Below, one piece after another: positions 27,651 through 39,386 of a DNA stretch of 64,000 nt. The DNA lies in NCBI GenBank assembly GCA_004366205.1, contig SIRW01000022.1, forward strand, positions 73,239-137,238, in the 5' to 3' direction. The notes under the pieces are model-generated. The model made no database searches. It saw nothing but the letters and a program-made list of their open reading frames with translations, and was not told the DNA's origin. Source of the DNA: Actinomycetota bacterium (GTDB lineage: Bacteria > Actinomycetota > Acidimicrobiia > Acidimicrobiales > CADCSY01). Position 1 is the stretch's first letter; each line of letters opens with the position of its first letter. Made by a program: the position numbers and the translations under genes.

Positions 27651-28448
27651 TCAGCCCTCGTAGGCGTCGACGCCCGCGAGCGCCGGCATGCGGCGCGGGG
27701 CGTCCTCGTCGGGCGCCCACACGACGACGATCTCGCCGAAGGACGTGGCCTGCTCCAGGTCGACGAAGCCCTCCTTGAACAGCTCGAGGATCGCGAGGAA
27801 GCGCACGACGATCTCGATGCGGTCCACGAGGCCGGCCGTGAGGCGCCGGAACCCGATGCGGCCCACCCGGGGCAGCGCCTCGAGCAGCTCGGCCACGGCG
27901 TCGGTGACGCTGGCCTGCACCGACGGGAGGTGGCTGATGTCGACGCGCGGCACGGGCTTGGGCGCCACGGCCCGCAGGAACGCGGCGCGCAGCGCGGCGG
28001 GGGTGACCCCGGCCAGGAGGTCGGGGGTGAGGTCGAAGAAGTGCGGCTCGGGGCCGGCCAGCCGGGGCCAGGAGCGGCCGGCGTCGTCGGCCATGCCCGC
28101 CAGCACCCGGGCGGCGTCCTTGAAGGTCTTGCACTCCACGAGCTTGGCGAGGAGCAGGTCGCGCTCCTCCCAGAGGGCGAGCTCCTCGTCGAGGTCGGCG
28201 TCGTCGCGGCCGGGCAGCAGGCGGCGGGTCTTGAGCTCGACGAGGGTGGCGGCGATGAGCAGGAACTCGGTGGCCACCTCGAGGTCGAGGCGCTCCTCGA
28301 CCGTGCGCATGCGGTCGAGCTCGGCCAGGTAGGCGTCGACGATGGGGGTGAGCGAGATCTCGTAGAGGTCGACCTGCTCGCGCAGGATCAGGTGCAGGAG
28401 CAGGTCGAACGGCCCCTCGAAGACCGGGGTCTGCACCTCGTAGCCCAT
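27651..28448 (-). CDS. scpA: Segregation and condensation protein A
   Basis: Contains FEGPFDLLLHLI and ATEFLLIAATLVELK. ATG 28448. Confidence 0.9.
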   Translation of the reverse strand: MGYEVQTPVFEGPFDLLLHLILREQVDLYEISLTPIVDAYLAELDRMRTVEERLDLEVATEFLLIAATLVELKTRRLLPGRDDADLDEELALWEERDLLLAKLVECKTFKDAARVLAGMADDAGRSWPRLAGPEPHFFDLTPDLLAGVTPAALRAAFLRAVAPKPVPRVDISHLPSVQASVTDAVAELLEALPRVGRIGFRRLTAGLVDRIEIVVRFLAILELFKEGFVDLEQATSFGEIVVVWAPDEDAPRRMPALAGVDAYEG

Positions 28449-28455
28449 CGGGGGA

Positions 28456-28461
28456 AGTCTA
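28456..28461 (-). promoter_or_regulatory. Candidate -10 box TAGACT, 7 nt upstream of ATG 28448 (leaderless-type)
   Basis: The minus strand reads cgTAGACTtcccccgATG. Confidence 0.4.
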
Positions 28462-28503
28462 CGGTCGCCCGCGACCCGTTCCGTGGATCCCGATGACCGG
28501 AGG

Positions 28504-28509
28504 TACCCT
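28504..28509 (+). promoter_or_regulatory. Candidate -10 box TACCCT, 8 nt upstream of the trpS ATG (alternatively GGAGG at 28499-28503 acts as a Shine-Dalgarno)
   Basis: Reads ggaggTACCCTcgcccgccATG. Confidence 0.25.
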
Positions 28510-28517
28510 CGCCCGCC

Positions 28518-29504
28518 ATGGCACGGGTCTTCTCGGGCATCCAGCCGACCGGCGACCTCCACCTGGGCAACTACCTGGGCGCGCTGCGCCGGTTCGCGGC
28601 CGAGGAGCAGAGCCCCGACGCCGTGTTCTGCATCGTCGACCTCCACGCCCTGACCGTGCCCCAGGACCCCGCGGCGCTGCGGGCCCGGACGCTGCAGACG
28701 GCGAACCTGTACCTGGCCTCGGGACTCGACCCCGACGTGTGCACCCTGTTCGTGCAGAGCCACGTCCCCGAGCACACCGAGCTCGCCTGGCTGATGGAGT
28801 GCACCGCCAGCGTGGGCGAGCTGCGCCGCATGACGCAGTTCAAGGAGAAGAGCGCCAGCGCCGAGTTCGTGAGCGGCGGGCTGTTCACCTACCCGGCGCT
28901 CATGGCGGCGGACATCCTGCTGTACGACACCGAGCGGGTGCCGGTGGGCGACGACCAGCGTCAGCACCTCGAGCTGGCCCGGGACCTGGCGATCCGCTTC
29001 AACGGCCGCTACGGCGACACCTTCGTCGTGCCCGAGGCCGCCATCCCGACGGTCGCGGCGCGGGTCATGGACCTGCAGAACCCGACAGCGAAGATGTCCA
29101 AGTCGGTCGACTCGCCCCAGGGCACGGTGCTGATGCTCGACGACCCCGACACCATCGCTCGCAAGATCCGCCGGGCGGTCACCGACACCGGTACCGACGT
29201 GCGCTACGACCCCGACACCAAGCCGGGGGTGTCGAACCTGCTGGCGATCCTGTCGGCGGTCACCGGCACGCCCCCGGGCGAGCTCGCCGGCCGCTACCAG
29301 CAGTACGGCCCGCTGAAGGCCGACACCGCCGACGCCGTCGTCGAGGTGCTGCGCCCCGTGCAGGCGCGCTACCGCGAGCTCGAGGCCGACCCCGACGCGA
29401 CGCTCGCTGTGCTCGAGAAGGGCGCGGCCCGCGCCCGGGAGACGGCCTCGGTCACCCTGGCGCGAGCGCACGGCGCTGTGGGCCTGCTCCCCCGTTCCCG
29501 CTGA
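28518..29504 (+). CDS. trpS: Tryptophan--tRNA ligase
   Basis: Contains GIQPTGDLHLGNYLG (HIGH-type motif) and KMSKS. Confidence 0.95.
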   Translation: MARVFSGIQPTGDLHLGNYLGALRRFAAEEQSPDAVFCIVDLHALTVPQDPAALRARTLQTANLYLASGLDPDVCTLFVQSHVPEHTELAWLMECTASVGELRRMTQFKEKSASAEFVSGGLFTYPALMAADILLYDTERVPVGDDQRQHLELARDLAIRFNGRYGDTFVVPEAAIPTVAARVMDLQNPTAKMSKSVDSPQGTVLMLDDPDTIARKIRRAVTDTGTDVRYDPDTKPGVSNLLAILSAVTGTPPGELAGRYQQYGPLKADTADAVVEVLRPVQARYRELEADPDATLAVLEKGAARARETASVTLARAHGAVGLLPRSR

Positions 29505-29529
29505 CCCCCCGCCCCCGCCCGCACCACCA

Positions 29530-29641
29530 CGTTCTCGAGGCTGAGCGCACCGGATCCCGCCACGCCGGGCCTCGAGTTCGCGGACCTGCGCGTTCTCGAG
29601 GCTGAGCGCACCGGATCCCGCCACGCCCGGCCTCGAGAACG
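29530..29641. repeat. Duplicated 47-nt hairpin element (29530-29576 and 29591-29637; the second copy's stem extends to 29641). Possible bidirectional terminator.
   Basis: The copies are 46/47 identical with a 61-nt period. Copy 2 forms a perfect 12-bp stem, cgttctcgaggc/gcctcgagaacg, around a 27-nt loop. Copy 1's outer stem has 2 mismatches. Confidence 0.8.
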
Positions 29642-29669
29642 CCGGGCGGGCGGGCGCCGGCTGGGCCGG

Positions 29670-30185
29670 TCAGTCGTCGTCGGCGGCGCGCAGCGCCCGG
29701 CCGAGGTGGGACGGGACGCTCCAGGCCTCCTCGGGGAGGTGGTGCTCGCGGGCCCAGGCGACGGTGAGCGGGTCGCTGCCGGCCAGGGCGAGGCGGTCGG
29801 CGCCGAGCTCGGGGTGCTTCAGGTACAGCCCCACCCGGCGGGTGAGCCCCCGGCGCTCGGCCCAGGCGTCGGCGAGGTGGCGGCCCGCCGCCGCTGCGGA
29901 CAGCGTGGCCACGACCCGGCCGTAGGTGCCGAGGCGGGCGTCGAGCTTGCCCACGTCGTGGAGCAGGGCGGCGGCGATCACCGGGCGGGTGGCCTCGTGG
30001 CCGAGGGCCCGCTCGACCCGCCGGGCGACGCCGACGGCGTGGCGGCGGTCGGCCCGGCCGAGCTGGTCCCAGAGCGCCTCCTCGCCGGACAGGAAATGGG
30101 CGCGCGCCCAGGCGTCGTCGGCCGCGCCCGGACCGACGGGCACGAGCGACCCGAGGAAGCGCCGCAGGAGGTGCCGGACCCTCAC
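29670..30185 (-). CDS. HD-domain protein
   Basis: Motif AALLHDVGK. GTG 30185 overlaps the upstream TGA (GTGA). Confidence 0.75.
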   Translation of the reverse strand: MRVRHLLRRFLGSLVPVGPGAADDAWARAHFLSGEEALWDQLGRADRRHAVGVARRVERALGHEATRPVIAAALLHDVGKLDARLGTYGRVVATLSAAAAGRHLADAWAERRGLTRRVGLYLKHPELGADRLALAGSDPLTVAWAREHHLPEEAWSVPSHLGRALRAADDD

Positions 30186-30823
30186 AGCAGCACGAGCCAG
30201 AGGTCGATCGCCCAGCCGAAGAGGCGGGCGAGGGCGCCGGGCACGGCGAGCACCACCACGAGGATCAACAGGATCGACCAGCGCCGCAGGCGCAGCCAGG
30301 CCGGCCAGAGCCGGGCGGGCAGGACCCGCTCGATCACCGCTGACCCGTCGAGAGGCGGCAGCGGGATGAGGTTGAACACCGCCAGGATCACGTTGATCAC
30401 CCCGAACCAGAGGACGACCTCGGGCACGAGGCCCGACGGGACCGCCCGCGGCGAGTCGATGGAGCCGTACATCGCCCGCCACACCAGCACGGCCAGGATG
30501 GCGAGGACGATGTTCACCGCCGGACCGACCAGGCTCACGTACAGCGAGTGCCGGCGGGGATCGCGCAGCCGGTTGGGGCGCACCGGCACCGGCTTGGCGT
30601 ACCCGAACGCCCCCAGGCCCGACAGGGCGAGCATGGCCGGGAGCAGCACGGTTCCGAACGGGTCGATGTGGCGGACCGGGTTCAGCGTGAGGCGACCGGC
30701 CTGCTTGGCGGTGTCGTCACCGAAGACCAGGGCCAGGGCCCCGTGGGCGACCTCGTGGAGGATCACCGAGGGCACCAGCACCCCGATGATGATGGCGACG
30801 AGCTGCCAGTCGACCCCGGCCAC
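30182..30823 (-). CDS. Site-2 protease family (M50) zinc metalloprotease
   Basis: Contains HEVAHG and NLIPLPPLDGS. Polytopic membrane protein. Confidence 0.88.
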   Translation of the reverse strand: MAGVDWQLVAIIIGVLVPSVILHEVAHGALALVFGDDTAKQAGRLTLNPVRHIDPFGTVLLPAMLALSGLGAFGYAKPVPVRPNRLRDPRRHSLYVSLVGPAVNIVLAILAVLVWRAMYGSIDSPRAVPSGLVPEVVLWFGVINVILAVFNLIPLPPLDGSAVIERVLPARLWPAWLRLRRWSILLILVVVLAVPGALARLFGWAIDLWLVLL

Positions 30824-30844
30824 GGGCGTCGCCCTGCCCCGCCG

Positions 30845-31177
30845 TCAGGCGGCGCAGTCGATGCAGAAGCGGGTGGACGGCATCGCCTCGAGCCGGGGCT
30901 CGGCGATCTGGTTCCCGCAGCGCTCGCACACCCCGTAGCTGCCCGCATCGAGCTTCTGGAGGGCGTGCTCCACCTCACGCAGCTGCTCGCGCAGCTGGTT
31001 GCCGAGGGCCCGCTGCTCGCCCTGCTCGGCCGCCACCTGGGCGGAGTCGGCGAAGTTCTCGTCGAACTCCAGGCCGGTGCCGTCGAGCAGGCCGAGGTCG
31101 TCCAGCTGGTGGCGGAGCTGGTCGCGCTCCTCCTCCAACGAGGCGCGCGCCATCTCGAGCAGGGTGTCACTGGGCAC
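30845..31177 (-). CDS. DksA/TraR-family C4 zinc-finger protein
   Basis: Coiled-coil N-terminus and CERCGNQI...FCIDC. Confidence 0.85.
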   Translation of the reverse strand: MPSDTLLEMARASLEEERDQLRHQLDDLGLLDGTGLEFDENFADSAQVAAEQGEQRALGNQLREQLREVEHALQKLDAGSYGVCERCGNQIAEPRLEAMPSTRFCIDCAA

Positions 31178-31240
31178 GCGGACAGGCTACCGGACGCGCG
31201 GGCGATCCGGACCGCTCCGCCCGGTCCGGCATCAGCGCGG

Positions 31241-32182
31241 TCAGCAGCGGGCGCCCGTCGCGCGCGGGTGGGCGGCCTCGTACACCCGCCGCAGCCGCTC
31301 GGTCGACACCAGGGTGTACACCTGCGTGGTCGAGATCGAGGCGTGCCCCAGCAGCTCCTGCACGACCCGGACGTCGGCCCCGTGGTCGAGCATGTGGGTG
31401 GCGCAGGAGTGCCGCAGGACGTGGGGCGTCAGGCGCCCGGCCAGGCCGGCCGCGACCCCGTGGCGCCGCACGATCCCCCACGCCCCCTGGCGCGACAGTC
31501 GCCCGCCCCGGATGTTCAGGAACACCGCTTCGGCGTCGCCCCGCCGCGCCCAGCGGTCGGGCACGAGCACGTCGCGCCCACCGGGCGCGAGCCAGGCCGC
31601 CATCGCCTCGGCGGCGAGCCCGGCGAGGGGCACGACCCGCTCCCGCTCCCCCTTGCCGAACGCCCGCATGCTGCCGCCCTCCACGTCGACGTCGGCGAGG
31701 GACAGCCCCACCAGCTCCGAGATCCGCAGGCCGGTTCCGTAGAGCACCTCGAGGATGGCCCGGTCGCGCCGGGCCACGGCGTCGGTGCCCGTGACGGCGC
31801 CGATGAGGGCCGCGACCTCGTCCTCGGTGAGGGCTCTCGGGAGGCCCGCAGGCACCCGGGGCACCTCCACGTCGCGCGCCGGGTCGGCCGCCGCGTGTCC
31901 CTCCTCGGCGCAGAAGCGGTGCAGGGCCCGCACCGCCACGAGGGCCCGGGCGACCGACGCCGGGGCCCGGCCCGCGGCCCGCAGGTGCGCCACGTAGCGC
32001 TCGACGGTGCCGGCGTCGACGGCGTCGAGCGCCAGCCCCTGGGTCGCCAGCCACGTCCAGTACGCCCGCAGGTCCCGCCGGTACGCCGCCAGGGTTCCGG
32101 CCGACCGGCCCCGCTCGGTGGCGAGCCACGACAGCAGCTCCTCCACCTCGATGGGGAGGACGCCCGGGTCGGTGGCGCTCAC
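31241..32182 (-). CDS. xerD: Site-specific tyrosine recombinase XerD
   Basis: Contains LYGTGLRISEL and HVLRHSCATHMLDHGADVRVVQELLGHASISTTQVYT. GTG 32182 overlaps the ald TGA. The synteny (pyrG-NUDIX-xerD) matches mycobacteria. Confidence 0.88.
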   Translation of the reverse strand: MSATDPGVLPIEVEELLSWLATERGRSAGTLAAYRRDLRAYWTWLATQGLALDAVDAGTVERYVAHLRAAGRAPASVARALVAVRALHRFCAEEGHAAADPARDVEVPRVPAGLPRALTEDEVAALIGAVTGTDAVARRDRAILEVLYGTGLRISELVGLSLADVDVEGGSMRAFGKGERERVVPLAGLAAEAMAAWLAPGGRDVLVPDRWARRGDAEAVFLNIRGGRLSRQGAWGIVRRHGVAAGLAGRLTPHVLRHSCATHMLDHGADVRVVQELLGHASISTTQVYTLVSTERLRRVYEAAHPRATGARC

Positions 32183-33291
32183 AGGCGCTCGAGGGGGTCG
32201 GCCGGGTCCCGGCCGAGCGCCTCGGCCACGGCCGGGTTCACCACCGCGCCACCGGCGACGTTCACGCCGGCCCGCAGGGCCGGATCGCCGGCGACGGCGG
32301 TCCGCAGGCCGCCGGCCACGGCGAGCACGTACGGCAGCGTGGCGTTGGTGAGCGCGTACGTGGAGGTGTTGGGGACCGCGCCGGGGATGTTGCCCACGGC
32401 GTAGTGGAGCACGCCGTGGCGCTCGTACACGGGGTCGTGGTGCGTGGTCTCGCGCGTCGTGGCGACGCAGCCGCCCTGGTCGACGGCGACGTCGACGATC
32501 ACGGCGCCGGGCTTCATCGCCCGCACGAGGTCCTCGTCGACGACGGTGGGGGCCCGGCCGCCTGCGACCAGCACGGCGCCGATCAGGAGGTCGGCCTCGG
32601 TCACGGCCCGCTCGACCGTGCCCCGGTTCGACGCCAGCGTCATGATGCGCCCCCGGTGGATCTGGTCGACCCAGCGGAGGCGGTCGAGCGCCTTGTCGAG
32701 CAGCAGCACCTCGGCCTCCATGCCCGCGGCGATCCACGCCGCGTTCCAGCCGACGTTGCCGGCGCCGAGGACGACCACCCGGGCCGGCCGCACGCCCGGG
32801 GCGCCGCCGAGCAGCACGCCCCGGCCCCCCGCGCCCCGCTCGAGGAAGTGGGCGCCCACCTGGGTGGCCATGCGGCCGGCGACCTCGCTCATGGGCGCGA
32901 GCAGCGGCAGGCTGCCGTCGGCGAGCTGCACGGTCTCGTAGGCGAGGGCGGTCGCCCCGGAGCGGACGAGGGCATCGGCCACGTCGGGGTAGGCGGCGAG
33001 GTGCAGGTAGGTGAACAGCACCAGGTCGGCGCGCAGGTGCGGCCACTCGTCGGGTTGGGGTTCCTTCACCTTCACGACCAGCCCGGCGGACCAGGCGTCG
33101 CCGGCGCCGACCAGGCGGGCGCCGGCGGCCTCGTACTCGGCGTCGGTGATCGACGAGCCCTCCCCCGCTCCCCGTTCGACGAGCACCTCGTGCCCGTGGG
33201 CCCGCAGCTCGCGCACGCCGTCGGGGGTGAGGGCGACCCGGTGCTCCCCGTCCTTGACCTCGGCCGGCACGCCCACGATCACGACGACCAC
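32179..33291 (-). CDS. ald: Alanine dehydrogenase (GTG 33282 is an alternative start)
   Basis: Contains GVPAEVKDGEHRVALTP, VLGAGNVGWNAA and the C-terminal AVGNIPGAVP. Confidence 0.92.
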   Translation of the reverse strand: MVVVIVGVPAEVKDGEHRVALTPDGVRELRAHGHEVLVERGAGEGSSITDAEYEAAGARLVGAGDAWSAGLVVKVKEPQPDEWPHLRADLVLFTYLHLAAYPDVADALVRSGATALAYETVQLADGSLPLLAPMSEVAGRMATQVGAHFLERGAGGRGVLLGGAPGVRPARVVVLGAGNVGWNAAWIAAGMEAEVLLLDKALDRLRWVDQIHRGRIMTLASNRGTVERAVTEADLLIGAVLVAGGRAPTVVDEDLVRAMKPGAVIVDVAVDQGGCVATTRETTHHDPVYERHGVLHYAVGNIPGAVPNTSTYALTNATLPYVLAVAGGLRTAVAGDPALRAGVNVAGGAVVNPAVAEALGRDPADPLERL

Positions 33292-33301
33292 CGTAGGCCG
33301 G

Positions 33302-36231
<2,930 letters not shown>

Positions 36232-36260
<29 letters not shown>

Positions 36261-37095
36261 GGATGCCTCCCAGCCGGTCGAGCGCCCGCAGCGGGGGCAC
36301 CCGGTCGATGATCGTCGTGAACGATACGACCTCGCTCAGGGCGTTTAGTCCGACGAGCACGAGCAGCACGACCAGGCGCGTCGAGGGGGTGGTGGCGATG
36401 ACCACGCCCAGGCCCACGGCGGCGCCGAGGGCGTTGGCGCCGGCGTCGCCCAGCATGAGCCGCTCGCGCAGGTCTTCGCGCAGCAGCCCGACGGCGGCAC
36501 CGACCGTCGCGCCGACGCTGGCGATCGTCACCGTCGCCCCGCTGACCAGGGCGAGGACCAGAAACGACGCCCCCCCGACCTTGATCGCCCGCCCCGGCGC
36601 CCGGTCGAGCAGGTTGCACAGGTTGGCGGCGAGGGCGACGAGGGCGGCGTCCACGGCGAGGCGGGGCAGGTGGGGGGCGTCGAGCGGCGCGGTGGCGATC
36701 AGGGCGACGAGGACGCCGCCGAGGAGCTTGACCGAGCCGGTGGTGAGCTCACCTCGGGCCAGGGCCCCGACGTGGCCGCGGAACCCGCGGGCCGCCCCCG
36801 ACCCCACGAGGTCGTCGAAGGCCCCCAGGAGGCCGAAGCCGGCGACGGCGACGACCACGAGGAGGCTGCCCTGGCTGGCCACCTGCCGGGCGTCGAAGCC
36901 GGCGACCACGGCGACCCCGCGGGCCGCCTCGACGGCGAGCACGGCGAGCACCACCACGAGCCCGGCGGCGGTGGGGACCGGCACGCCCCGGTGGTTCAGC
37001 CGGGCGAAGAGGGGGTCGGCGAACGTGGGGCGCAGCGCCGCCCAGGCGAGCCGGGCGGCGACGAGGCCGGCGACGAACGAGACGGCGAGCGTCAC
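36232..37095 (-). CDS. Polyprenyl-phosphate N-acetylhexosamine-1-phosphate transferase-like (glycosyltransferase family 4, MraY/WecA superfamily), short and divergent
   Basis: Contains GAFDDLVG, NLCNLLDRAPG (in place of NxxNxxDGxDGL) and MLGDAGANALG. Polytopic. GTG 37095 overlaps the upstream TGA. Confidence 0.7.
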
Positions 37096-39386
37096 GGCGG
37101 GGCGGTCCGCACGATCAGCACGGTGACGTACGGCAGCACGATCGTGAGGACCGTGGCGGCGATGGCTACGCCCGAGTCGTTCACGATCGACCCGAGGACG
37201 CCCAGGACGAGGGCGCCGATCAGGCAGGCCCGCAGCCCGGGCACCCCTTGCTGGGCGCGCCGCAGGAACCGTGGTTGACGCCAGGCGAGGAAGGCGATGA
37301 ACGCCAGCGCGAAGGGGACGATCAGGGTCCACACCGACGACAACAGGATGCTGAGGTTGGCGTGCAGCTTGCGCTCGATGACCGTGACCACGCCCGGCAC
37401 CCCCTGGTCGGCGGCCAGGGCCACGAACCGGCCGAGGTGCGTGCGGGCCTCGGGGGCCCGGGCCAGGTCGGCCACGGCGGACAGGGCCAGCAGGACCACC
37501 GGTGCGGCGGCGGCCACCACCACCCGCCGCCACGTGAGGGGCACGCGCGCGAGCAGGAGGGCCGTGGTCAGGAACACGGGCACGGTGGTCAGGACGCCGC
37601 CCACGTTGAGGCCGAGCTCCGGCAGGCCGATCACGAGCACGATCAGGGCGTACAGCCCGCCGATGACGGCGAGGGCAAAGCGGTCGCGGACGGGCCCGCC
37701 GGCCGCGGGCCTGCGCAGCCGGCGCGCCCCCCACCAGGCCGTCGTGACGATGAGCGCGGCGGTGGCGACGAGCGTCCACGCCATGTTCCCGTAGCCCGCG
37801 AACCGGCCGGCGACGATCGGGCCCCCGCCGTAGCCCATCACCGTGTTGATCTGGAGCGGTCCGCCCACGACGATGTCGACGAGCAGCACGGCGAGCAGCA
37901 GGCCGGCGAGGGCGACCGGTGCGAGCAGCGGCTGGGCGGGCCCGGCCCGGGCGCCGTAGCGGTCGCCCAGAGCCCGGACGGCCACGGCGAGCAGGGCGGC
38001 GGCGCCGAACAGCGCGGCCCAGTAGCCGGCGCCGCCGAGGCGGTCGTAGTGGAACAGCCCCGACAGGAACGTGAGGGGGGCGACGGCGAGCACCGTGAGC
38101 GCCACGATCTCGACCACTGGTCGCAGCCGGAGCCACCCGGTGACCAGCGCCACCACCGCCACGGCGTAGGCGAGGAGTTGCAGCACGATGTACGAGACCG
38201 TCACCGGCCCCACGACCTCGTTGCGGAACACGGCGAGCTCGTTCACGTCGGCGAGGGCGGCGAAGGTCGCCGGACCGGGCGCGGACCCGCCGGCCGAGGC
38301 CATGGGCGCCCCCGTCATGTGCGTGGGGACCCGCAGGCCCAGGAACTCCAGCACGGTCGGGGCGACGTCGGGGAGCGTCACGTAGCCGTCCCGGCGGGTC
38401 GAGCCGCTGGTGAGCGCCCCGGGGGCGAACCCCGGGCCGGCGACGGCGGCGACGGTGAGCTCCACCCGCCGCCGGGGGTGCGCGGGCGCGACCACGACCA
38501 CGAGGTCGCGCGCCGGGTCGACGGACGCGAGGGCGTCGGCGACGATGGCGTCGCTCGCGGCGATGGCCCGGTCGCGGGTGGCGGGCCGCAGCTCGGGATC
38601 GAGGAAGATGCTGTAGCTGTCGTAGCGCTCGAGGTCGCTCGCCTCGAGGAGCACGACGTCGTGGGCCGCCCAGGCCGCCTCGAACGCGGTCCGCACCGCG
38701 GCGCGGTCGAGGACGAGGCCGTAGGGGGCGGTGTGGTCCCGCCGCAGGAGGTCCTGGCCGACGGCGCCGCCCGTGACACCGTGGTTGTCGACCACGGCCA
38801 GGGCGGCGTCGCGGCGGAGGCCGACGGCCAGGGTGGGCTCGGCGGCGGTGTCGGCGTTGGCCACGACGGCCGCCGTGCGCCCGGCGGCCCGCAGGGCGGC
38901 GCCGAGGGCCCCGGCGTGGGCGCCGTAGCGGAGCCGTTCGTTGTTGGCGGCGATGTGCGGGAACCCGACGTGGAGGACCTCACCTCGGGGTTCGACGCCG
39001 CTGCGGCGGGCGTACACGGCGGCGGCGGGCTCGCCGTCGATCTCCTCGCCGGCGTCGAGGGCGAGGCCGGCGACGAGCTCCGAGGCGGTGGCGCGGTTGC
39101 CGGCGCCGATCGTGGCGTACCCCTGGCCGAGCAGGGTGCGGGCCCCGATCGTGCGGGGGCTGTTGGATGCGACAGCGCTGCGCTCGAACAGCTCCACGAG
39201 CGCCGGGGGCCGGTGCTCCTCGACCATCGCCCACGTCAACCGCGGGACGCTGAGGATCAGGACGCGCCCCTGCCCGCCGGCCGGCCGATCCGCCTGGCCG
39301 GCGGCGGTGCCGGGCACGCCGCCGAGCACGCCGCCGAGGACGGTGGCGAGCAGGAGGAGCAGCACGAGCAGGCGCAGGCGCGTCAT
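37092..39386 (-). CDS. Large envelope protein, 764 aa: signal peptide, about 400-aa extracytoplasmic domain, and about 11 C-terminal transmembrane helices. Function unknown.
   Basis: Starts MTRLRLLVLLLLLATVLGG. The ectodomain ends with GYVTLPDVAPTVLEFLGLRVPTHMTGAPM, which resembles the alkaline-phosphatase/sulfatase-superfamily C-terminal motif. About 11 hydrophobic segments were counted by eye. ATG 39386 overlaps the upstream TGA (ATGA). Confidence 0.7.
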   Translation of the reverse strand: MTRLRLLVLLLLLATVLGGVLGGVPGTAAGQADRPAGGQGRVLILSVPRLTWAMVEEHRPPALVELFERSAVASNSPRTIGARTLLGQGYATIGAGNRATASELVAGLALDAGEEIDGEPAAAVYARRSGVEPRGEVLHVGFPHIAANNERLRYGAHAGALGAALRAAGRTAAVVANADTAAEPTLAVGLRRDAALAVVDNHGVTGGAVGQDLLRRDHTAPYGLVLDRAAVRTAFEAAWAAHDVVLLEASDLERYDSYSIFLDPELRPATRDRAIAASDAIVADALASVDPARDLVVVVAPAHPRRRVELTVAAVAGPGFAPGALTSGSTRRDGYVTLPDVAPTVLEFLGLRVPTHMTGAPMASAGGSAPGPATFAALADVNELAVFRNEVVGPVTVSYIVLQLLAYAVAVVALVTGWLRLRPVVEIVALTVLAVAPLTFLSGLFHYDRLGGAGYWAALFGAAALLAVAVRALGDRYGARAGPAQPLLAPVALAGLLLAVLLVDIVVGGPLQINTVMGYGGGPIVAGRFAGYGNMAWTLVATAALIVTTAWWGARRLRRPAAGGPVRDRFALAVIGGLYALIVLVIGLPELGLNVGGVLTTVPVFLTTALLLARVPLTWRRVVVAAAAPVVLLALSAVADLARAPEARTHLGRFVALAADQGVPGVVTVIERKLHANLSILLSSVWTLIVPFALAFIAFLAWRQPRFLRRAQQGVPGLRACLIGALVLGVLGSIVNDSGVAIAATVLTIVLPYVTVLIVRTAPP

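Noticed and set aside
28449-28517. T-box leader upstream of trpS
   Set aside because: The divergent spacer is 69 nt, far too short for a T-box, and no specifier or T-box sequence is seen.
31241-32182. Tyrosine recombinase as a mobile-element integrase
   Set aside because: It has full XerD-type catalytic motifs and sits in the conserved pyrG-NUDIX-xerD housekeeping synteny.
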